Source: Pseudohongiellaceae bacterium
GTDB lineage: Bacteria > Pseudomonadota > Gammaproteobacteria > Pseudomonadales > Pseudohongiellaceae
DNA: 64,000 nt
Reading direction: 5' to 3'
Assembly (NCBI GenBank): GCA_044338855.1
Contig: JBIIWP010000002.1
Span: 3,796 to 67,795, forward strand
The notes under the pieces are model-generated. The model was given only the letters and a program-made list of their open reading frames with translations, was not told where the DNA came from and did no database searches. The translations under genes were made by a program, and so were the position numbers. Below are positions 8,622 to 16,260 of the stretch, piece by piece (position 1 is the stretch's first letter; each line of letters begins with the position of its first letter).

Positions 8622-10979
8622 ATGTTTATCCTGCGTCGCTGCTTGCTGACCATCCCGGCCCTGCTGTTGCCGCTTGCTCTCGCGCCGGCAGCGTGCGGAG
8701 CGGAATCCGGCGAGGGTCCGCGTATCGAGACCATCGAAGTCTCGGCGCGCCTGCGCCGTGAGGACGCGCAGCGCGTGCCGCTGGCCATGTCCGTGGTCGG
8801 TGGCGACACGCTGCAGGCCACCAACACCATCAACGTGTCGCAACTGACACAGCTGGCGCCCAGCCTCAACTTCTCGTCGCCCAATCCGCGCAATACCGCG
8901 CTCACCATTCGCGGGCTCGGCAGCAGCGTGGTGGCTGTCGCCCAGGCCAATGACGGGCTGGAACCCGGCGTGGGCTTCTATGTGGATCAGGTGTACCACG
9001 CCAGGGCGGCCACGGCCGTGTTCGATTTTCTCGATCTCGAGCAGGTGGAAGTGCTGCGCGGCCCACAGGGCACACTGTTCGGCAAGAATACTACGGCTGG
9101 TGCCCTCAACATCAGCACCCGCAAGGCCAGCTTCACGCCGGACGCGGCTGTCGACCTCACCAGGGGCTCCTTCGGTTACGAGCAACTGCGCGTGTCGGTC
9201 AATGGACCACTCGTGGAGCAACGCCTGGCCGGGCGCCTGTCCCTGCTCAGCAACCGCCGCGATGGCCTGCTCCATAACACGCGCACTGGCCAGCGCCAGA
9301 ACGATGTGGACAACCAGGGTGTGCGCGGCCAACTGCGCTTCACGCCGTCGGCACGCTTTACGCTGGACCTTGCAGCAGACCACTACGTCATCGACAGCAA
9401 CTGCTGCACGCAGGTGCACCATGTCGTCGGCGCGAGCCTTCGTCCTGCTGCACGGCAGTATCCCGCGCTCGCTGCGGCGCAGGCCTATGCCCCTGCCTCT
9501 ACCGATCCCCATGCGCGCCTGACCAACATCGACGCTCCGCTGCAGGTGATGAGCAAGGAAGGCGGGCTGAGCGCCGTGGCGGCGTGGACCCTGGAGCGGC
9601 ATGTGCTGAGCTCCGTGAGCGCCTGGCGTTTCTGGGACTGGCTGGCTGCCAATGATCGCGACTTCACGGGGCTCGGCATCCAGACCCTGCAAGGCATTCC
9701 GTCGCGACAGGACCAGTACAGTCAGGAACTGCGCATCAGCAGCACCGGCGCTGACGGGTTCGACTATACCGCAGGGCTTTATGCCTTCACGCAACGCATC
9801 GAGGCACAACCGACCACGGCCTATGGCCCGCTCGCGGCATTCTGGCTGCTCGGCCCCGAACCGCAGATTCCCGCCAACCTGCTCGACGGTTACCGCAGTG
9901 ATGCCAGTACCCGCTTCGACTCCGACAGCTACGCCGTGTTCGCCGAAGGCGTGTTCCATCTGCCGGCCAATATCGATCTCGCGACCGGCCTGCGCTACAC
10001 CTGGGAAGACAAGCAAGGCCGCTTTTCCTCGGCAATCTCCGGAGGTCTTGCCACCAGCGACCCCGAGCTGCAACGTCGCCAGCGGTCGATACTGCATGCG
10101 CAGGACTATGCGGCAGCCGTGAGCGAAGACAACGTCTCCGGACGCCTCAACCTGTCCTGGCAGGGTCATGCGCAGTTCATGCCTTACCTGAGCTGGGCGC
10201 GCGGCTTCAAGTCCGGCGGCATCAACATGTCGGGGCTGCCGCTGACGCCGGACAACCTGCCCGCGCTGGCCACCGCCAGGATCGATCCGGAAGAAAACAC
10301 CACGCTGGAGATCGGCTTCAAGAGCCAGTGGCTGCAGGACCGCCTCAGCATCAACGTGGCCGGCTTCCGCACGCGCGTGCGCGACTTCCAGGCCAACGTG
10401 ATCGACAGCGGGCCCGGCGCGCTGCGTGGCTACCTCGCCAACATTCCCGAGGTGCGCGTGGATGGCGTGGAACTGGACCTGGCCTTGGCCCTCAGCGAGT
10501 CCCTGTCCGCAACGCTTTCCGGGGCGTGGACCGACGGGCGCTACCAACGCTATCCCAACGCGCCCTGCCCGCTCGAACGGACCGGCAGCCCGCTGGCCAC
10601 CTGCGATCTCTCCGGCACGCCACTGGCCGCGCTGCCGAAACAGGCGCTTTCGTTCGGCGCCCAGTACACGCGCCAGTTTGCCGCAGCGGGGCAGCGCGGA
10701 GAGCTGTGGCTGCGCGGCGATCTTGCCACCCGCAGCGCGATGAGCGGCGAAACCTCCAACTCGATCCATACCCGGCTGCCGGCACAGCAACTGGTGAACC
10801 TGATGCTGGGCTTCCGCAGCAGCGAAAACTGGGAGCTGACCCTGTGGTCGCGCAACCTGCTCGACGAGCAATACCTGCATAGCGTGACGGTGCAGGCCGG
10901 CAACTCCGGACTGGTGCTGGCCTTGCCGGGCGAGCCCCGCATCAATGGCATGACCCTGCGCCTGGTTTTCGGCAGCTGA
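8622..10979 (+). CDS. TonB-dependent outer-membrane receptor (paralog 2), divergent from modE
   Basis: Signal peptide MFILRRCLLTIPALLLPLALAPAACGA and plug motif VEVLRGPQGTLFGKNTTAGALNI. Clearly paralogous by eye to the 5403-7784 protein (PNPRNTA..IRG, DG..PGVGFY.D.VY.AR). Confidence 0.9.
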   Translation: MFILRRCLLTIPALLLPLALAPAACGAESGEGPRIETIEVSARLRREDAQRVPLAMSVVGGDTLQATNTINVSQLTQLAPSLNFSSPNPRNTALTIRGLGSSVVAVAQANDGLEPGVGFYVDQVYHARAATAVFDFLDLEQVEVLRGPQGTLFGKNTTAGALNISTRKASFTPDAAVDLTRGSFGYEQLRVSVNGPLVEQRLAGRLSLLSNRRDGLLHNTRTGQRQNDVDNQGVRGQLRFTPSARFTLDLAADHYVIDSNCCTQVHHVVGASLRPAARQYPALAAAQAYAPASTDPHARLTNIDAPLQVMSKEGGLSAVAAWTLERHVLSSVSAWRFWDWLAANDRDFTGLGIQTLQGIPSRQDQYSQELRISSTGADGFDYTAGLYAFTQRIEAQPTTAYGPLAAFWLLGPEPQIPANLLDGYRSDASTRFDSDSYAVFAEGVFHLPANIDLATGLRYTWEDKQGRFSSAISGGLATSDPELQRRQRSILHAQDYAAAVSEDNVSGRLNLSWQGHAQFMPYLSWARGFKSGGINMSGLPLTPDNLPALATARIDPEENTTLEIGFKSQWLQDRLSINVAGFRTRVRDFQANVIDSGPGALRGYLANIPEVRVDGVELDLALALSESLSATLSGAWTDGRYQRYPNAPCPLERTGSPLATCDLSGTPLAALPKQALSFGAQYTRQFAAAGQRGELWLRGDLATRSAMSGETSNSIHTRLPAQQLVNLMLGFRSSENWELTLWSRNLLDEQYLHSVTVQAGNSGLVLALPGEPRINGMTLRLVFGS

Positions 10980-10990
10980 AGGCGACGGGC

Positions 10991-11395
10991 TCAGCGTGGC
11001 GCAGTGTCATGCAGATTGCCCTGCGGATGCAGTATCTGCGCCGCCAGCCCAAGCTCAGCGGCGGCCCGTTGTAGACGCTGATCGCGGGTCCACAATCCTT
11101 GCGTGCCGCCAAGCGCCACTGAGGCCAGCAGGTGCGCATCCACCCACCCAATGCCTTTGCCCATCAGGCGCCGGCGCTCGATGAAGAACAAGGTCTCGGC
11201 ATTGCTGGCGCAGCGGCAAGGCGGCAACCGCTGCAGCAGGGACAGCACCTCTGAGCGGTTGCGCAAGTTGCCACAGGCGAGCTCGCCGAGTACCCAGGGA
11301 TGCATCAGCACCTCTCCCAGTTCCAGATGCCACACCAGCGCAGCATCCCGCGCGCGCAGGTGCTCGATCCACACGGACGTATCGACGAGGATCAT
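10991..11395 (-). CDS. vapC: Type II toxin VapC (PIN-domain ribonuclease)
   Basis: MILVDTSVWIEHL with the conserved Asp5 of PIN domains, ~130 aa. Has an ATGA overlap with the upstream small antitoxin gene. Confidence 0.8.
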   Translation of the reverse strand: MILVDTSVWIEHLRARDAALVWHLELGEVLMHPWVLGELACGNLRNRSEVLSLLQRLPPCRCASNAETLFFIERRRLMGKGIGWVDAHLLASVALGGTQGLWTRDQRLQRAAAELGLAAQILHPQGNLHDTAPR

Positions 11396-11589
11396 GCGCG
11401 GCCACCCTGACGACGAGGGACATCGTCGAGTTCCGGCTCACTGCCGCCGAGCAGCGCAAGACGTCGCGAACTTTCGCGCTCGATCAGGACTTCCAGTGCC
11501 AACCGCACCAGGGCGGTCTTTTCCGTCAGTCCCGTCAGGCGTCGGGCAGTTTCCAGCAGGTCTTCGTCCAGGTTGAGCGTCGTTCGCAT
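11392..11589 (-). CDS. vapB: Type II antitoxin VapB (DUF2191-like)
   Basis: MRTTLNLDEDLLETARRLTGLTEKTALVRLALEVLIERE is typical of VapB antitoxins. ATG at 11589 is preferred over the TTG at 11628 in the ORF track. Confidence 0.75.
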   Translation of the reverse strand: MRTTLNLDEDLLETARRLTGLTEKTALVRLALEVLIERESSRRLALLGGSEPELDDVPRRQGGRA

Positions 11590-11763
11590 GTCGATGGCCT
11601 CTTGAGATGCGCCTTTATAAGGCATCAAATGATGCTACCGTGAGACATCCATCGTCAAGCCGCCCCCGGAAATCAGGGTTGGCGGAGGCAGGAAGTTCTG
11701 GCCAAATAGGGTGAATGGTTGCGGCTTGCGCCGGCACCCGACTCCAGCTGCAGAGGTGTCATC

Positions 11764-12543
11764 GTGAAGAAGGCCCGCCTGGTGGTAGCACTGCTCGTGT
11801 TCTGCACGCTGGCCACCACGCTGTTCGCCCAACGCGGTTTCCGCCGCGGCATGATGGCTCCCACGCCCGGCCAGGCCGCAGCCGGCGCGCCAGCCGAGTG
11901 GACCTTCGCGCGTCTGGCCTATGACAGTGCAGGCATGCGCGGTGGCAGCTGGTGGGTGGACTACCCGGGTGCCGAGTATCACCTGTCGCAGGCAGTCGAT
12001 CGCCTCACGCTGGTCGACCCGCATGAAAGCGGGCATGTCATCAGCCCCGACGATGATGCGATCTTCGACTACCCCTGGCTCTACGCCGTGGAGCCCTGGA
12101 GCTGGAGCTTCAGCGATACCCAGGCGCGGCGCCTGCGCGAGTACTTCCTGCGCGGCGGCTTCATGATGGTGGACGACTTCCACGGCGAGCAGGAATGGCA
12201 GCTGTTCATGACCGGGCTGCGCAGGATCTTCCCGGACCGCGCGGTCGAAGACATCCCGGAGGAGGACGCCATAAACCTGATGCCATACCAGACCACCCAG
12301 CGCCTGCAGGTGCCAGGCCCCAACTACATGAGGGGCGGGCTAACCTACGAACGCAGCGACGGCATCACGCCACACTGGCGCGGCATCCGCGACGAGGATG
12401 GTCGCTGGATCGTGGTGATCTCGCACAACATCGACTACGGCGAAGGCTGGGAGCAGGCCGACACACCGGAGTATCCCGAGCCGTTTACACGGCAGGCCTA
12501 CGAGATCGGCATCAACTACCTGATCTACAGCCTGACACACTGA
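11764..12543 (+). CDS. Secreted DUF4159-domain protein
   Basis: GTG start preceded by GAGG. Signal peptide VKKARLVVALLVFCTLATTLFAQ, then FARLAYDS...GGSWWVDYPGAEYHL...YPWLYAVEP...LREYFLRGGFMMVDDFHG, which resembles the DUF4159 pattern as I recall it. Confidence 0.55.
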   Translation: MKKARLVVALLVFCTLATTLFAQRGFRRGMMAPTPGQAAAGAPAEWTFARLAYDSAGMRGGSWWVDYPGAEYHLSQAVDRLTLVDPHESGHVISPDDDAIFDYPWLYAVEPWSWSFSDTQARRLREYFLRGGFMMVDDFHGEQEWQLFMTGLRRIFPDRAVEDIPEEDAINLMPYQTTQRLQVPGPNYMRGGLTYERSDGITPHWRGIRDEDGRWIVVISHNIDYGEGWEQADTPEYPEPFTRQAYEIGINYLIYSLTH

Positions 12544-12557
12544 AAACAGCATGGCAC

Positions 12558-13622
12558 CTAGCCAGGCTTTGACCGATGACCAAGGCCGATCCACTTGGCC
12601 CCGCGCCCTTTGCCCAGCGGCATGATCAATCCTTCCGTTTTCATCGCTCGCAACACCAATCGCACCATGTCACGACTGACGCCGGGACAGGCCTCTTCAA
12701 TTTCGGAAATCGAGAATGGCAGATTGCGCTTGAGAATTTCAGCACGCACACGCTCACCCTTGGCACCGCGTCCGCGCCCGATTGTGCCAACCCGCTCCCC
12801 GAATTCCTTGTAGGCGCGCAGCAGTGCGCCCCAGAAGTAATCGAGCCATGGAGCAATGTTGTGTGCTGCTTCGTGCCAACCCTGTGAGCTCACTTCCAGC
12901 GTCTCGTAGTAACTCTCCTTCGACTCCTCGAAGATGCGCTCCAGGCTGATGAACCGCCCCACAGCGTAGTCGAAGTGGTAGAGCAGTTGCAGAGTGAGCA
13001 GCCGCGCCATGCGTCCGTTGCCATCGGGAAAGGGATGGATGCACAGGAAGTCGAGGATGGCCAGCGGCACCAGCACCAGGGGATCAGCCAGATGCTGATC
13101 CAGCGCGGTTCGATAGCGTGTGATGAGATCCGTCATCGCCATCGGAGTGAGATGCGCGGCCACGGGCTGGGAGCGGATACGCGTACTGCCATCAGGTTGT
13201 CGTTCGATGATGTCGTTGTTGGTGGCCTTCCAGTGGCCGCCTGGTTGGGGCATGTAGCGGTACAGGACGCTGTGCAGTTGGAGCACTGTGCCCTCGGACA
13301 AGGGCATCTGGGCACCGCTCTCATGGATGAGAGCCAGCGCATCACGATAGCCGGCTACTTCCTGCTCGGACCGGCTCTTGGGCACGGCGTTTTTGAGGAC
13401 CAGCGATTTCAGTCGCGCCGCAGAGACGACCACCCCTTCGAGTCGGTTGGATGACTCGGTCGACTCGACCACTGCAACCTGCCGCAAGTCACTGAGCACT
13501 TCGGGCGATTGGGCGACATACAACTGTTGCTTGCCCCGGTACTCGCCCAAGGCACGCAAGGTGGCCAGTTGCCGGGCATCAAAGCGCAGCTTGGCGAGGT
13601 AGTCGGGCGAGAGTGAGTGCAT
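12558..13622 (-). CDS. Fic family protein (class II, AMPylase-type core with C-terminal winged-helix)
   Basis: Canonical Fic motif HPFPDGNGRMARLL. An N-terminal inhibitory-helix motif SNRLEG matches (S/T)xxxE(G/N). C-terminal wHTH-like tail (ISEIEEACPGVSRDMVRLVLRAMKTEGLI). Confidence 0.85.
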   Translation of the reverse strand: MHSLSPDYLAKLRFDARQLATLRALGEYRGKQQLYVAQSPEVLSDLRQVAVVESTESSNRLEGVVVSAARLKSLVLKNAVPKSRSEQEVAGYRDALALIHESGAQMPLSEGTVLQLHSVLYRYMPQPGGHWKATNNDIIERQPDGSTRIRSQPVAAHLTPMAMTDLITRYRTALDQHLADPLVLVPLAILDFLCIHPFPDGNGRMARLLTLQLLYHFDYAVGRFISLERIFEESKESYYETLEVSSQGWHEAAHNIAPWLDYFWGALLRAYKEFGERVGTIGRGRGAKGERVRAEILKRNLPFSISEIEEACPGVSRDMVRLVLRAMKTEGLIMPLGKGRGAKWIGLGHRSKPG

Positions 13623-13642
13623 TTGCGCGTCACAGGTGGCGG

Positions 13643-13717
13643 AAATGGGGTAATCCTAGCCAATAATAGGGTATTTACCAAGCCAATTACCCCAATAAAA
13701 GACTGGTTACCCCATTT
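13643..13717. promoter_or_regulatory. Iterated TGGGGTAA(T) motif array / 11-bp inverted repeat in the fic-MFS divergent region
   Basis: AAATGGGGTAA (13643-13653) and its exact reverse complement TTACCCCATTT (13707-13717). A third inverted copy ATTACCCCA lies at 13686-13694 and a degenerate copy TAGGGTATT at 13667-13675, all within an AT-rich stretch. Confidence 0.5.
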
Positions 13718-13816
13718 ATTGCCACTCCCTGCCTTCCGCTTCTTTGGGTTCACGCATAGCTGGCAGCCTGTCACCCCATCGCCTATATTGCCGTGAAAAG
13801 TTAGAAGCGGTACCTC

Positions 13817-15010
13817 ATGAACACTCCCCCTGCGCTTTCCCCGACCAGCGGTCCTGGCTTGCGCCTGCTGCTGGCCATCCTCATCGTGGCACTGAACCTG
13901 CGTGGTGCCGTCACCAGCGTGGGGCCGCTGTTGGACCTGATCCAGGCGGAAATGGCGCTCTCATCCGCCGCGGCCGGCTTTCTGGCGTCACTGCCGCTGT
14001 TTGCTTTTGCGTTTGTCTCGCCTTATGCGGCGGTGCTGGCGCGGCGCATCGGCCTGGAGGCTGCGATCTTCACCTCCCTTCTGACTTTGCTGGCCGGCAT
14101 CGCGCTGCGTCATGTCGAAGGGCCGTTTTTCCTGTACACCGGCACGGCCTTCATCGGCATCGGCATCGCCATCAACAACGTGCTGTTGCCAGGCTTGTTG
14201 CGCCGCGAATTCCTGCTGCAGTTGCCGCTGGTCACGGCACTGTTCACGATGGTGCTGGTGACAGCGGGTGGACTCGGCTCCGCCCTGGCGATTCCGCTTG
14301 AATCCCTCGGAGGCTGGCGTCCATCGCTGCTGGCCTGGCTGCTGCCGGTGCTGATCGGCCTGGTGGTCTGGGCACCGCGCCTGCGTCACAACACGCGACC
14401 GCAGGCACCGCCGCAGGGGCGCACCTCGCTGTGGCGCAGTCCCATCGCGTGGCAGGTGAGCCTGTTCATGGCCTGCCAGTCCACCGCCTTTTACGTGATG
14501 ATCGCGTGGCTGCCGAGCCTGTTGGCCGATCTCGCCGGCATCAGCCCGGCACGCTCCGGCTGGATCCTCTTCATCTACCAGATCTTCGTGCTGGGCGGCG
14601 TCATGGGCGTGCCGGTGCTGGTACATCGCTTCGATGACCAGCGCTGGATCGGTGCCGGCTGCGCCAGCCTCATCTTCATCGGCTACGCGGGACTCTTGTT
14701 TGCTCCAGCCGACGCGCTGTTCTGGTTGAGCATCATGGGGGTCGGTGCCGGCGGTTCGCTGGTGCTGGCGATGACCTGGTTCGGCCTGCGCGCCAGCTCT
14801 ACCGGACAGGCAGTCGCCCTGTCCGGCATGGCACAGGCCATCGGCTACCTGGTGTCGGCGTTTGCGCCCATCCTCGTGGGTTGGCTGCACGACAGTACCG
14901 ACGGCTGGACCCTGCCGCTGCTGCTGATGCTGGGCTTTGCCGCTACCCAGGTCTGCATGGGTTTTCTGTCGGGCAGAAGGCGGACAATCGGGGAAGTTCA
15001 GCCGTTGTAG
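13817..15010 (+). CDS. MFS transporter, CynX/NimT-like
   Basis: 12 predicted TM segments. N-terminal LNLRGAVTSVGPLL motif typical of CynX-type MFS proteins. Confidence 0.75.
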   Translation: MNTPPALSPTSGPGLRLLLAILIVALNLRGAVTSVGPLLDLIQAEMALSSAAAGFLASLPLFAFAFVSPYAAVLARRIGLEAAIFTSLLTLLAGIALRHVEGPFFLYTGTAFIGIGIAINNVLLPGLLRREFLLQLPLVTALFTMVLVTAGGLGSALAIPLESLGGWRPSLLAWLLPVLIGLVVWAPRLRHNTRPQAPPQGRTSLWRSPIAWQVSLFMACQSTAFYVMIAWLPSLLADLAGISPARSGWILFIYQIFVLGGVMGVPVLVHRFDDQRWIGAGCASLIFIGYAGLLFAPADALFWLSIMGVGAGGSLVLAMTWFGLRASSTGQAVALSGMAQAIGYLVSAFAPILVGWLHDSTDGWTLPLLLMLGFAATQVCMGFLSGRRRTIGEVQPL

Positions 15011-15582
15011 ATGAGGCCGCCCTTGCTGGCGTACTCCTGCAGGATCGCTGCCGCATCGGCGCGCAACACGTCGCGCATTACCGTGATGCCGCGCTGCTCC
15101 AGCGCCTGCTGCCACTCGGGCAACTTGTCGCCTTCGTCAAAGCCGATGGCACGTGCATCCGCATCGCGCGCACCGCATACCAGCCGCGTGACGCCAGACC
15201 AGGGCACGGCGCCAAAACACATGGCACAGGGTTCCGTGCTGGTGACCAGCTCACAGTCGAACTTGCCAGCGTCACCCAGGTCGTAGCGGCCCAGCGCCTT
15301 CTGCGCGAGCGCAATCGCCACCATCTCGGCGTGCAGCAGCGAGCACTGCGCTGGCTCCACCAGGTTCACGCCCACGGACAGCAGTTCATGCTCCGGCCCG
15401 AATACGGCTGCTGCAAAAGGTCCACCGCTGCCGCGCCGTACCTGCTCGCGCGCGAGACCCAGCACGAACTGCATGCGGGCTTCCACACTGAAGAGAACGA
15501 GATTGGCAGGCACACGCTGGCGCACCCAATCAGGCAACTGGAAACTGAAGTCGGTGGCGGGCGAGGTGTTGTGCGGAGCCAA
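14998..15582 (-). CDS. CDA-fold nucleoside/nucleobase deaminase (zinc-dependent)
   Basis: Zinc motifs HAEMVAI and PCAMC, ~190 aa. Its convergent 3' end overlaps the MFS gene by 13 nt. Confidence 0.75.
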   Translation of the reverse strand: MAPHNTSPATDFSFQLPDWVRQRVPANLVLFSVEARMQFVLGLAREQVRRGSGGPFAAAVFGPEHELLSVGVNLVEPAQCSLLHAEMVAIALAQKALGRYDLGDAGKFDCELVTSTEPCAMCFGAVPWSGVTRLVCGARDADARAIGFDEGDKLPEWQQALEQRGITVMRDVLRADAAAILQEYASKGGLIYNG

Positions 15583-15602
15583 GGCCGGACCTTCCAGCAG
15601 GC

Positions 15603-16088
15603 TCAGGGCAACACCACTTCACCGATGAAATTTTCCGACATGAGGTAGCCGCGATACCAGATGCGGAACTTCATGTTGCGGGTCGGGCTGAACGGCGGTT
15701 TCAGCTCGCCGGTGAACAGCGGGACCTCGTCGCAGCCGCCTTCGCTGCGCTGCTCCAGGGTGCCGGAATGGATCTGCAGCGCGAGGTCGTAGTAGCCCAC
15801 CGGCGTGGTCAGCAGGTTGGTCTGCCGCAGCGTGGCGCGGATGCACTTGCGTCCCGAGTTGGTGACTGTGGGCGCGGTACTGATGCGGCGGTTGCCGGAA
15901 AGATCGACCGTAATCGGCAACCACAGGTTGTTGTCGGCAAGACGCGGCTGGCCCAACTGGATGCCACCCACGGACTGCAGGAATTCCCAGCTGACCGACG
16001 GATCGACCACGGCACGCATGGAAGTACTGGAGCAGGAACCCAGCAGCAGGGCTGCGGGCAGCAGGAACAGGGCGCTGAATGTCTTCAT
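15603..16088 (-). CDS. Lipoprotein of unknown function
   Basis: Signal peptide with lipobox MKTFSALFLLPAALLLGSC. No family recognised. Lies 20 nt upstream of the deaminase on the same strand. Confidence 0.6.
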   Translation of the reverse strand: MKTFSALFLLPAALLLGSCSSTSMRAVVDPSVSWEFLQSVGGIQLGQPRLADNNLWLPITVDLSGNRRISTAPTVTNSGRKCIRATLRQTNLLTTPVGYYDLALQIHSGTLEQRSEGGCDEVPLFTGELKPPFSPTRNMKFRIWYRGYLMSENFIGEVVLP

Positions 16089-16260
16089 CTTGGCTTTCCT
16101 GGTGAGGCTCCCCGGAGGAAGCGTGTGCGGGGATTATAGTGAATATGCGCTGACAGCACAGCGCGGCAGCAGACCAACACAGTAAGGTACCAGGGTTGGC
16201 TGGCTGTCAATTGCGGTAGTATTGCGCACCAATATCCCCGGGCAACAGGAACCTCCACAC

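Noticed and set aside
8595-10880. 761-aa minus-strand ORF
   Set aside because: It is antisense to the TonB-dependent receptor, which has a signal peptide and plug motifs. The ORF has low-complexity Arg/Ala/Gly composition typical of GC-rich shadow frames. The same reasoning applies to 39349-41154 (antisense to ettA), 28893-30272 (antisense to ligM), 35031-36782, 45040-46437, 55329-56858 and similar ORFs.
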